Source: an uncultured Micavibrio sp. | GTDB taxonomy: Bacteria > Pseudomonadota > Alphaproteobacteria > Micavibrionales > Micavibrionaceae | Direction of reading: 5' to 3' | DNA length: 64,000 nucleotides | Assembly: GCA_964539025.1 (NCBI GenBank) | Contig: CAZIFA010000009.1 | Location: 14,554 to 78,553, forward strand | In this document: positions 37,028 through 44,901 of the stretch, one piece after another | How positions within the stretch are numbered: the stretch's first letter is position 1 | Layout of the letters: each line of letters opens with the position of its first letter | Notes under the pieces: model-generated | What the model saw: the letters and a program-made list of their open reading frames with translations, nothing else | Database searches by the model: none | What the model was told of the DNA's origin: nothing | Position numbers and translations under genes: made by a program

Positions 37028-37501
37028 TCAGTCCGGCATTCTTTTCTTGCGCGGATAGATCATCTGCATGATTTCGAATAAGAACGCCGTTCCCCAGCCC
37101 AGCAAGACGATACCGTTCGCCGCCTCTATTCCCGATAACACGCGCCATTCATCTTTGAGCACGATGTCGCCGTAACCGAGCGTGGTGAAAGTGACAACGG
37201 AAAAATACACCGCGTCTTCCAGCGTTTTGAACTCCTTCACGTCAAGAATTTCATACGCGAACGCCCACAGCCATATGTGCACGGTTATCAGGAAAAAGAT
37301 TCCAAGAACGCAGACACCACTCAGCATCATTTTATAAATATGCGATATATGGCCCGCTTTTCCCGCCGCATACAGCCGCGTCTCCACCGTCCGCATAATC
37401 CGATCTAGTCCAAAAGCATGTATCGCAACGGTCAGCAGCACCATGATAACTGCCACGGCCAGATCGTCTAGGAATATCGGGATGTCGTACAGGTGGGACA
37501 T
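37028..37501 (-). CDS. two-TM potassium channel (KcsA-like, Ion_trans_2)
   Basis: 157 aa with the selectivity-filter signature 'TFTTLGYGD' between two TM helices. Confidence 0.8.
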   Translation of the reverse strand: MSHLYDIPIFLDDLAVAVIMVLLTVAIHAFGLDRIMRTVETRLYAAGKAGHISHIYKMMLSGVCVLGIFFLITVHIWLWAFAYEILDVKEFKTLEDAVYFSVVTFTTLGYGDIVLKDEWRVLSGIEAANGIVLLGWGTAFLFEIMQMIYPRKKRMPD

Positions 37502-37512
37502 TGGCCCGTCGC

Positions 37513-37620
37513 CTATGGCAGAGTGAGCATTCCCGAGAGCGCCGCCATGTTCCCGAACAGGAGAAGGATGATCAGCGACAAAAGAAAGATTTCGATGCGT
37601 TTGGTAGCCATAGGAGTCAT
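37513..37620 (-). CDS. possible 35-aa single-TM peptide upstream of the K+ channel
   Basis: GAAAGG RBS 6 nt before the ATG. Translation MTPMATKRIEIFLLSLIILLLFGNMAALSGMLTLP. Its stop lies 11 nt before the channel ATG. Confidence 0.3.
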   Translation of the reverse strand: MTPMATKRIEIFLLSLIILLLFGNMAALSGMLTLP

Positions 37621-37725
37621 CTTATACCTTTCATGCCGGCGAATGCGAATTTGAAAATTAACGGAACCACATGTAGCAAGAAAATGTTTGGAATCCAAGG
37701 ACATGCGCAGCAGCCACTGGAAACG

Positions 37726-37754
37726 TTTACATAAGGTAAATTTGGGCCTATAGT
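37726..37754 (+). promoter_or_regulatory. Sigma70-like promoter (TTTACATAA variant)
   Basis: TTTACATAA at 37726-37734, a 17-nt spacer, then TATAGT at 37749-37754. It lies 45 nt upstream of ATG 37799. Confidence 0.45.
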
Positions 37755-37798
37755 TACTGCCCTACGGCGTCCGAAAAAAGGTTTGAAAGAATCAGATC

Positions 37799-38203
37799 AT
37801 GCAGGCCCTAAAACGAAACCAAATAGAAAATCCCGTCTGGGATATTTTCAAAAAACGCAGTGACGAAAAGCTCCGTGACGAAGCCCGCGCCATACGGGAA
37901 AGACACGACGCACATGTCGACCGCCTGTATAAAATCCCCGCTCAGATAGGTCAGGCCATTTGCACCATCGTCCCCATTCCTATGACGCTTTGGGCTGGAT
38001 TAAGCGTCGCAGAAAAAACCACACCGGTGGACAATATTCATCTCGCGGGCGCGCTCGGCGTGGCATTCATCGCCGCGACGATGCTTTTCAAATTCAGGCA
38101 TGATTTCGCCAAGGCCGTGAAGACCAAGGACTATAATGGGCTTCTCGACGATCTCGTTGATTTTAGATCAAAGCGCACGGTTGGTCCGAAGAAAGACATT
38201 TAG
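37799..38203 (+). CDS. hypothetical membrane protein (134 aa)
   Basis: Two central hydrophobic helices ('ICTIVPIPMTLWAGL' and 'LAGALGVAFIAATMLF'). No domain recognised. Confidence 0.45.
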   Translation: MQALKRNQIENPVWDIFKKRSDEKLRDEARAIRERHDAHVDRLYKIPAQIGQAICTIVPIPMTLWAGLSVAEKTTPVDNIHLAGALGVAFIAATMLFKFRHDFAKAVKTKDYNGLLDDLVDFRSKRTVGPKKDI

Positions 38204-38237
38204 CTTATGGCATATATCATTTCATTATTCATCTAAT

Positions 38238-38298
38238 GTCATTCCCCGACTTGATCGGGGAATCCAGACTGGATCCTCCGGTCAAGCCGGAGGATGAC
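38238..38298. repeat. Palindromic element family C, copy 2
   Basis: GTCATTCCCCGACTTGATCGGGGAATCCAGACTGGATCCTCCGGTCAAGCCGGAGGATGAC, i.e. two hairpins between GTCAT and ATGAC ends. Confidence 0.85.
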
Positions 38299-38360
38299 AG
38301 GTTTGTGTCGGCAACGAAATCGCGAAGAATAAATATGAACTTCGCGTCTTCGTGCCTTCG

Positions 38361-39233
38361 TTACATATTTTTTGCCGCCGCTGGTGGCACGGTTTTCAAA
38401 AGAGATTCCGGGCTGAGGGATATTTTACGTTTGATCTGCCCGGCTTCGCCGAGTGGCGCGATTTCTTTCCCATCCACTTTTACCTTGATACCGCCTGCAT
38501 TGCCCGTGGCCATCAGTAGGCCGGGTTCATCGGGAACGTAATAAATATCACCTGGTTTGAGCACTTGGCGCAAAATGGCCGCGCCTTTCGCATCGCGGAT
38601 TTCGATCCAGCTGCTATCAACAATTTCAAGAACGACGCGGCCCGCACCTGCCGCCGGCGCAGCTTCTGCAACATCTTTCGAAGCAGAATCGGATTTTTCT
38701 TTTTCAGGCGATTGTTGTTCGACCAGAGATGGCGCTTCGTTGAGTTGCGATTTGGTCAGTTGGTCCGGCACGGGCGGAATGCCGTTCTTTTGTGCCCCCG
38801 GAAACATCATGAAGGAAATGAATCCGATCAGCACGACAAAGCCGAACACGCTCCCGCCGATAATCATGGCGTTGGGGACTTTGCTTTCGGAGGCAGGAAC
38901 GGGGAATGAAAGGTCGGGTTTTTTCTGGCGGCCGACAGATTGTTCTTTGAACAGATGAACCATCTTATCGCCATCGAGGCCGAGATATTCGGAATAGGAA
39001 CGCACGAATCCGATCGCGTAAACCCGGCCCGGAAGCTGGGAAATATCCCCCTTTTCCAACGCCCCCAACTGCGAGGCGCGGATGCGCAAGATGGTTTCGA
39101 TCTGTTCCAGCGTCTGGCCGTAATGCACGCGCGTGCGGCGCAGAATTTCCCCCACCGCCATGTCGGTGTGGAAATTCAGGTCGGGGCCGTCCGTGGTATC
39201 CTCGGGCGCGGTTTTGTGGACAGAGTCTGTCAT
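38361..39233 (-). CDS. RodZ-like HTH/DUF4115 cytoskeleton-associated protein
   Basis: XRE-type HTH 'VGEILRRTRVHYGQTLEQIETILRIRASQLGALEKG', 'GRVYAIGFVRSYSEYLGLD', one TM helix, and a C-terminal 'SWIEIRDAKG..L...L.PGD.Y.VP' DUF4115-like domain. Confidence 0.75.
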   Translation of the reverse strand: MTDSVHKTAPEDTTDGPDLNFHTDMAVGEILRRTRVHYGQTLEQIETILRIRASQLGALEKGDISQLPGRVYAIGFVRSYSEYLGLDGDKMVHLFKEQSVGRQKKPDLSFPVPASESKVPNAMIIGGSVFGFVVLIGFISFMMFPGAQKNGIPPVPDQLTKSQLNEAPSLVEQQSPEKEKSDSASKDVAEAAPAAGAGRVVLEIVDSSWIEIRDAKGAAILRQVLKPGDIYYVPDEPGLLMATGNAGGIKVKVDGKEIAPLGEAGQIKRKISLSPESLLKTVPPAAAKNM

Positions 39234-39299
39234 ATCCGGGCTACTTTACGGGAAAATGATCCATTCTTCCAGCCCCCGCATCAGATGTAATTTACAGGT

Positions 39300-39384
39300 G
39301 TCATCCCGAGCGAAGTCGAGGGATCTTTGGCAGAACGGATAGGCCAAAGATCCCTCCACTCCACTGCGCTCCGGTCGGGATGAC
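39300..39384. repeat. Palindromic element family B, copy 2 (85 bp)
   Basis: GTCATCCCGAGCGAAGTCGAGGGATCTTTGGC...GCCAAAGATCCCTCC...CGGTCGGGATGAC. Confidence 0.8.
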
Positions 39385-39406
39385 AAATGGAGGTTAGCCA
39401 TTAATT

Positions 39407-39955
39407 CTACAAAACCTGTAAAATCCGTTCGACGGTTTCGTCTGCGCTCAGGCTTGTTGTATCAATGGTAATTGCCTTGCGCGAACCGGCATCAAATAAG
39501 GGCAAGGTCGCGTTACGAAGAGCAGCCTCAGGATCGGCGTCTTTGAAGCGAAGGCGCCGTTCAGGAACGACGACACGTCTGGCAAGTTCGTCCGGTGCAC
39601 AGGTTAGCCTGACAACGAGAGCATCCGCTTCCCGCCGATCTGCGATTTCAAGAAGTTCTTTCGCAATTTCGATATCGCGAGAATTATTCACAAAAGCGAG
39701 AGTGAACACGAAGTTCCAATCGGAAGGAGAATGCGTTGCAATAGTCTCCATAATAGCAGCCCGCACTTGCTTTACTTGATTCCATACGTCTTTAGGGATA
39801 GGTGTGATGCCATCTTGTTGAATCATTCCGAAAACCGGATTCAGCCAATAATGGTTATCGACAAGCTTCGCAGGCATTTTGGCGGCGAGTTTGTTGGCAA
39901 TAGTATATTTGCCAACGCCGGGTGGCCCGACGATATAGACAAACTGGTTGGTCAT
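39407..39955 (-). CDS. P-loop kinase-like ATPase
   Basis: Walker A 'GPPGVGKYT'. 182 aa. TAATG overlap with the lysC stop. Confidence 0.6.
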   Translation of the reverse strand: MTNQFVYIVGPPGVGKYTIANKLAAKMPAKLVDNHYWLNPVFGMIQQDGITPIPKDVWNQVKQVRAAIMETIATHSPSDWNFVFTLAFVNNSRDIEIAKELLEIADRREADALVVRLTCAPDELARRVVVPERRLRFKDADPEAALRNATLPLFDAGSRKAITIDTTSLSADETVERILQVL

Positions 39956-41190
39956 TACGCCGCCTGATCCAGATCGTATGCGCTGTGCAGCGCGCGGACG
40001 GCGAGTTCCAGATATTCCCGGGCGATCAGGACGCTGATTTTGATTTCCGAGGTCGAGATTACGAGGATGTTGATCCCTTTTTCCGCCAGAGTGCTGAACA
40101 TCGTTTTGGCAACGCCCGCATGGCTTCGCATACCGATCCCCACCACAGAAACTTTTACGACATCAGTATCGACGCGGATATTGATGTTCTTGAAAATATC
40201 CTGAGAGCGAATAACTTCCTGGGCCTTCACCAGATCACCTTCGGGCAACGTAAAGGTGATGTCTGTCTTGGTGCCGTCGGGCGAAATGTTCTGGACGATC
40301 ATATCGACGTTGATTGCGGCATCGGCGAGCGGGCCGAACACGCGGGCGGCGACGCCGGGCACATCGGGCACGCCCAGTATCGTGACTTTCGCTTCATCCT
40401 TGGCGAACGCGACGCCGTTGACGATATATTGTTCCATGATGTCTTCCTCCTTGGTGACCAACGTTCCGGGAAGTTCGCTCCCTATCGCCGGATCGAAACT
40501 CGATAAAACCTGAACAGGCACGTTGTATTTATACGCCATCTCGACCGAACGGACCTGAAGCACTTTTGCGCCGAGCGACGCCAGCTCCAGCATCTCTTCA
40601 TATGAAATGCGATTGATCTTGCGCGCTTCGGGGACGATGCGTGGATCGGTTGTGTAAATGCCATCGACATCGGTGTAGATATCGCAGCGGTCTGCTTTGA
40701 GCGCGGCGGCGAGCGCTACGGCGGTGGTATCGGACCCGCCCCTTCCCAACGTTGAAATCCGGTTTTCGGATGTGACGCCCTGAAAACCCGCGAGCACGGC
40801 GACTTCTTTTGTTTTAAGCGATTCTTCCATCGCGTCGGTGTTGATGCCTTGAATCCGTGCCTTGGCATGGACTTCGTCGGATATGATCGGCACCTGCCAG
40901 CCCAGCCATGACCGGGCGGATATGCCGCGTTTCTGGAGCGCGATGGCCATGAGGCCCGCCGTCACCTGTTCGCCCGAAGCGACCACGGCGTCGTATTCAC
41001 GCACATCATGGGTTGTCGAAATAGCGTTGCAATAGGCGACGAGTTGGTTGGTCACGCCGGACATGGCCGAAACGATAACCGCGATTTCATGGCCGAGTGC
41101 GACCTCGCGCGCGATTTTCTCCGCCGCTTTTTCAATGCGGTCCGTGTCGGCCACCGACGTGCCGCCGAATTTCACAACTATGCGAGCCAT
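39955..41190 (-). CDS. lysC: aspartate kinase
   Basis: 411 aa. 'IVVKFGGTSVAD', 'LGRGGSDTTAVALAA', and two C-terminal ACT domains. Confidence 0.95.
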   Translation of the reverse strand: MARIVVKFGGTSVADTDRIEKAAEKIAREVALGHEIAVIVSAMSGVTNQLVAYCNAISTTHDVREYDAVVASGEQVTAGLMAIALQKRGISARSWLGWQVPIISDEVHAKARIQGINTDAMEESLKTKEVAVLAGFQGVTSENRISTLGRGGSDTTAVALAAALKADRCDIYTDVDGIYTTDPRIVPEARKINRISYEEMLELASLGAKVLQVRSVEMAYKYNVPVQVLSSFDPAIGSELPGTLVTKEEDIMEQYIVNGVAFAKDEAKVTILGVPDVPGVAARVFGPLADAAINVDMIVQNISPDGTKTDITFTLPEGDLVKAQEVIRSQDIFKNINIRVDTDVVKVSVVGIGMRSHAGVAKTMFSTLAEKGINILVISTSEIKISVLIAREYLELAVRALHSAYDLDQAA

Positions 41191-41209
41191 AGGAGATAGT
41201 TATACGGGA

Positions 41210-41644
41210 TTAAATAGCCAATGCAAGGGCTTGGGTTGATGGCGCTTTGGATTGAAGCGCCGGGCAATATTTTCGGGCAAGTTTATTATATTCCCGCAAG
41301 ACATCACGGTAATCATCTATGATAACAAATCCGCCCGTATCAACGAATTGTGCCGCCCGTTCCGCATAAAACGCAATGTCCCCGCTGACAATAGCGCAGG
41401 CATGCTTGTCTTGAAATTCCAATACCTTGTTATCAAGACATGAAATACGCAGCAAATGTCCGTTTTCAGGGTTTTTTGCCAGCGGCCATATAACGAGCCC
41501 TTTGCAATACTCGTTCTCTTGCTCTTTTGTCGTATCGGTCATGCTGAGAGCCTTTGACAATTCATCATCGATATTTTGCGCGAACGCAGCCGCCGGCATA
41601 AACGCCGCCACCATGGACACAGCCGCAATACATACATTTTTCAT
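41210..41644 (-). CDS. secreted 4-Cys ORFan, paralog family Y member 4
   Basis: ATG 41644 (MKNVCIAAVSMVAAFMPAAAFAQ). The four Cys sit in the contexts EYCKG / ISCLDNK / HACAI / KYCPA. Confidence 0.55.
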   Translation of the reverse strand: MKNVCIAAVSMVAAFMPAAAFAQNIDDELSKALSMTDTTKEQENEYCKGLVIWPLAKNPENGHLLRISCLDNKVLEFQDKHACAIVSGDIAFYAERAAQFVDTGGFVIIDDYRDVLREYNKLARKYCPALQSKAPSTQALALAI

Positions 41645-41661
41645 GTTATATATCCTAAATC

Positions 41662-42093
41662 TTATGAAGTCATGCCGGGGCAAAATATTTTCGTTAATTT
41701 TCTTAAAGATTCCAAGTTACTTTTATATTCATCGTGAAATCTGGAAAGATCGAGCAGGCCGTTAAACCCTGTTAATGTGGCTCTAAAAAAGTCAATCCTG
41801 TTGCCTATAATCTCACAGGCATCTTCATCCCTGTACTCAACAACTTTGTTGTCAAGACAATAGACGCGATGCAGTTTTTTACTGTCCGGGTCCCTTACCA
41901 GCGTCCAGAAGTCCAGAGCACAATGATCGGCCTTTTGCTGCGGCGGAAGATCAAAAATCCTTACAGCCTTTGGGTCAGCCTTTGGGCCATTTATTAAATG
42001 TGCATCTGCCAGAGGACGCACTTGTCCGGACGCCGCCACCGGCATAAACGCCGCGACAAGAGAAACCGCAAGGATAGTAGAAAGATGGCGCAT
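41662..42093 (-). CDS. secreted 4-Cys ORFan, paralog family Y member 3
   Basis: Signal peptide 'LAVSLVAAFMPVAASGQ'. Cys contexts DHCAL / VYCLDNK / DACEI / IFCPG. Confidence 0.55.
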   Translation of the reverse strand: MRHLSTILAVSLVAAFMPVAASGQVRPLADAHLINGPKADPKAVRIFDLPPQQKADHCALDFWTLVRDPDSKKLHRVYCLDNKVVEYRDEDACEIIGNRIDFFRATLTGFNGLLDLSRFHDEYKSNLESLRKLTKIFCPGMTS

Positions 42094-42095
42094 GG

Positions 42096-42560
42096 TTATC
42101 CTAAAGCGTATGGACTAAATTTCCAGGATGTCCCGGGTGCGCAATTATCTTCGAAAGCCCTTACATATTCGGGCAGACTTTGCCTGAAATCTTCAAACCC
42201 GCCATCCATTTTGTATTTTCTAACAGCCAAATCCCTTTGTCGGCGCTCTGTTTCCAGCTCCAAAAGTGTGCATGCCTTATCGGCATTGAAGGTAAAAATT
42301 TCACGCGTGGTGCAATTAAGTAGTTTAGGGGCTTTTTCGCCGACATAGGCGCGCGCATGCGGATTACTGGAACAATGGATGGCAAGCATATCATCCGGCG
42401 CAAGTGTATAAAATCCGCTTGGGCTGACATGGGTAATACCCTTATCATTTTGCATGCGCGGTGCTGCCGGACGTCCTAGGCTGTCATACGCCTGCTGGGC
42501 TTGTGCACCGGCAGCGAAAACTGTTGCCGCCATCACGCCGAATATTGTTCGCATGGTCAT
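42096..42560 (-). CDS. secreted 4-Cys ORFan, paralog family Y member 2
   Basis: Signal peptide 'FGVMAATVFAAGAQAQQ'. Cys contexts IHCSS / LNCTT / KACTL / DNCAP. ATGA overlap with member 1. Confidence 0.55.
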   Translation of the reverse strand: MTMRTIFGVMAATVFAAGAQAQQAYDSLGRPAAPRMQNDKGITHVSPSGFYTLAPDDMLAIHCSSNPHARAYVGEKAPKLLNCTTREIFTFNADKACTLLELETERRQRDLAVRKYKMDGGFEDFRQSLPEYVRAFEDNCAPGTSWKFSPYALG

Positions 42561-43021
42561 GGTTGCCTCAGGATCAATTTTGCTTGAGCTTGTATCCCTG
42601 CGGCGTGGGGTTGGAATCTGAAAGATGTGTTAGCGCCGCAAAGTCGTTTTTCCATGGCGATAAGATCGTTCTCTGCCATTTTATATAGACTGGGATCCGT
42701 GTTGGGATTGCTTTTGCTCTGTTCAAGTGCAAATTTTAGATATCTGGTAGCCTCGCAACTTCTCTCCGGCTTTATAGTCCAGACAGTGCCAAAAGAACTT
42801 TTGCACCACACAACAACTAGGCCGCTTTTTTCATCTGTGTATAAAATATTGGCCTTGTTGTGTGCTAGGCAATCCATAAGTCTTGGTTCTTGCTTTACGT
42901 TTTTTTCAGCCGATGTGCCCACATCTTCGCCTTTGAACCTTAGAGGCTTGGTTTCCTGCGCAAAGGCTGGCGCCGCCGCTGCGAGCAATGAGGCGACTGC
43001 CATCGATGGAATTTTTGTCAT
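42557..43021 (-). CDS. secreted 4-Cys ORFan, paralog family Y member 1
   Basis: ATG 43021 (MTKIPSMAVASLLAAAAPAFAQE). The ORF-track start 43027 is GTG. Cys contexts MDCLA / VWCKS / RSCEA / RLCGA. Confidence 0.55.
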   Translation of the reverse strand: MTKIPSMAVASLLAAAAPAFAQETKPLRFKGEDVGTSAEKNVKQEPRLMDCLAHNKANILYTDEKSGLVVVWCKSSFGTVWTIKPERSCEATRYLKFALEQSKSNPNTDPSLYKMAENDLIAMEKRLCGANTSFRFQPHAAGIQAQAKLILRQP

Positions 43022-43056
43022 GTTCACACCCGAAAGATCGTTGTAAAAGAAGCTTA

Positions 43057-43085
43057 GACATAGCGTAATTTGTGTATTATGTCAA
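43057..43085 (-). promoter_or_regulatory. Sigma70-like promoter with TTGACATAA box
   Basis: Minus strand reads TTGACATAA, a 17-nt spacer, then TATGTC. It lies about 36 nt upstream of the first family-Y gene. Confidence 0.4.
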
Positions 43086-43105
43086 ACATTTAAGGTTTAA
43101 AGCCC

Positions 43106-43879
43106 ATGGGAACCGTCAGCGCCCGCGAAATAGAGAATTTTTCAAAGGATTCAGCCCATTGGTGGGATGAAAACGGCCCTTTTCGCCCCCTGCACCGGCT
43201 CAACCCCGTCCGCCTCTCTTATATCAAGGACCAAATCTGTGGCCATTACGGGCTGGATACCAAAAGCTTCAAACCCTATTCCGGCCTGAACATTCTCGAT
43301 ATCGGCTGCGGCGGCGGGCTGGTGTGCGAGCCGATGGCAAGACTGGGCGGCACCGTTACGGGGATAGACGCCGACGCCAACGCGATCGAGATTGCAAAGG
43401 TTCATGCGAGGCAATCCGGCCTTCAAATTAATTATCAATGTGCTTCAACAGATCAACTATTGTCACCCCCGCCTCGTGCGGGGGTCCGGATGCCCGCACA
43501 AGGCGGGCATGACAAGTTTGATGTGGTTTTGGCATTAGAAATTGTCGAACATGTCGCAGACGTCAATACATTCGTCCGCCATTGCGTTGATTTATGCAAG
43601 CCGGGCGGGCTTATCCTCTTCTCCACACTCAACCGCACGCCGAAATCTTTCCTGCTCGGCAAAGTGGCCGCTGAATATATTCTGGGCTGGGTTCCAACCG
43701 GCACGCATGACTGGAAGAAATTTCTCAAGCCATCCGAACTTTCGCGTGCGGTGCGGCAAAACGGCGCGGAACCGATGGAAACCGAAGGTATGGTGTTCGA
43801 CCCGTTCAAAGGCGATTTCAGGCGCGATGCGCTCGATATCAGCGTCAATTACTTCCTTTGTGCCGTTAAATCGGCCTAA
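43106..43879 (+). CDS. ubiG: ubiquinone biosynthesis O-methyltransferase UbiG, with a 17-aa repeat-derived insert
   Basis: 'HWWDENGPFRPLHRLNPVRL', 'ILDIGCGGGLVCEPMARLG' and 'FDVVLALEIVEHVAD' are UbiG motifs. The segment 'SPPPRAGVRMPAQGGHD' is encoded by a palindromic element. Confidence 0.9.
   Translation: MGTVSAREIENFSKDSAHWWDENGPFRPLHRLNPVRLSYIKDQICGHYGLDTKSFKPYSGLNILDIGCGGGLVCEPMARLGGTVTGIDADANAIEIAKVHARQSGLQINYQCASTDQLLSPPPRAGVRMPAQGGHDKFDVVLALEIVEHVADVNTFVRHCVDLCKPGGLILFSTLNRTPKSFLLGKVAAEYILGWVPTGTHDWKKFLKPSELSRAVRQNGAEPMETEGMVFDPFKGDFRRDALDISVNYFLCAVKSA
43462..43513. repeat. C-type double-hairpin element inserted in frame in ubiG
   Basis: GTCACCCCCGCCTCGTGCGGGGGTCCGGATGCCCGCACAAGGCGGGCATGAC, with two hairpins (CCCCCGC/GCGGGGG and ATGCCCGC/GCGGGCAT) between GTCA and TGAC ends. 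It spans 17 codons with no stop. Confidence 0.8.
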
Positions 43880-43922
43880 ACCGCCCCTTTTATTCGGCCC
43901 CTGAAACGATTATCTTATTCAT

Positions 43923-44120
43923 ATGTCAGGATTCTTTTTCACCGCGATGCTCGTCGCCATGTTTCTCACCCTCGCCGTGCTCGCCACGGGAATCATTTCC
44001 ATGATCAAGGGCGGAGAGTTCAACGCCAAATACGGCAACAAATTAATGCGAATGCGCGTGATGATGCAGGCTATCGCCATCGCGTTGTTCGCGCTCGCCA
44101 TCCTGGCCGATAAATCCTAA
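43923..44120 (+). CDS. twin-transmembrane HIG1-domain small protein
   Basis: 65 aa with two TM helices. '[24 protein letters not shown]' resembles the HIG_1_N family common in alphaproteobacteria. Confidence 0.7.
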   Translation: MSGFFFTAMLVAMFLTLAVLATGIISMIKGGEFNAKYGNKLMRMRVMMQAIAIALFALAILADKS

Positions 44121-44134
44121 GGGAGTTTTTTAAG

Positions 44135-44899
44135 ATGAAAATTTTGGTTCCGGTCAAACGAGCCGTCGATTACAGCGTCAAAATCCGCGTCAAGGCGGAC
44201 GGCACGGGCGTCGATCTCGCCAACGTCAAAATGTCGATGAATCCGTTTGATGAAATTGCGGTCGAAGAGGCCGTGCGTTTAAAAGAAAAAGGTAAGGCAA
44301 CCGAAATCGTTGTCGTGTCCATCGGCCCCGCCAAGGCGCAGGATATTATCCGCACCGCCATGGCCGTCGGTGCGGATCGCGGGATATTGGTGCAGACGGA
44401 TGCGCCGACAGATATCGGCGGCGTGGAACCTCTGGCGGTCGCAAAAATTTTGAAAGCCATCGTCGATCAGGAAAAACCCGACCTCATTATCATGGGCAAG
44501 CAATCGATCGATGATGATAGCAATCAAACAGGTCAGATGCTCGCCGCCCTGCTCGGCTGGGCGCAAGGCACGTTTGCTTCGAAGGTGGAAGTTACAAGTA
44601 ACGGGTTGCAAGTTACAAGAGAAGTGGACGGCGGATTGGAGACTGTGTCGCTAAAAATGCCTGCGATTGTAACAACGGATTTACGCCTGAATGAGCCGCG
44701 CTATGCCGCACTGCCCAATATTATGAAGGCCAAACAAAAACCGATGGCGACGACGAAGCCCGAAGATTACGGTGTTTCGATTGCGCCGCGCCTGTCGGTG
44801 GTGAAAGTCACCGAACCCGCAAAACGCAAAGGCGGCGGCAAAGTCGCCTCCGTGGATGAATTGATCGACAAGCTAAAGAATGAGGCGAAGGTTATTTAA
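44135..44899 (+). CDS. etfB: electron transfer flavoprotein subunit beta
   Basis: '[18 protein letters not shown]' and '[17 protein letters not shown]' are typical EtfB sequences. Confidence 0.95.
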   Translation: MKILVPVKRAVDYSVKIRVKADGTGVDLANVKMSMNPFDEIAVEEAVRLKEKGKATEIVVVSIGPAKAQDIIRTAMAVGADRGILVQTDAPTDIGGVEPLAVAKILKAIVDQEKPDLIIMGKQSIDDDSNQTGQMLAALLGWAQGTFASKVEVTSNGLQVTREVDGGLETVSLKMPAIVTTDLRLNEPRYAALPNIMKAKQKPMATTKPEDYGVSIAPRLSVVKVTEPAKRKGGGKVASVDELIDKLKNEAKVI

Positions 44900-44901
44900 T
44901 G

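Noticed and set aside
38236-38541. ORFs translated across hairpin elements: 38236..38541, 32604..32903, 45995..46237, 52385..52567, 17085..17417 and 17290..17556.
   Set aside because: Their 'conserved' peptide segments (e.g. FPDLIGESRLD) come only from the repeat DNA. They have no RBS, and they overlap better-supported genes or lie in repeat-filled gaps.
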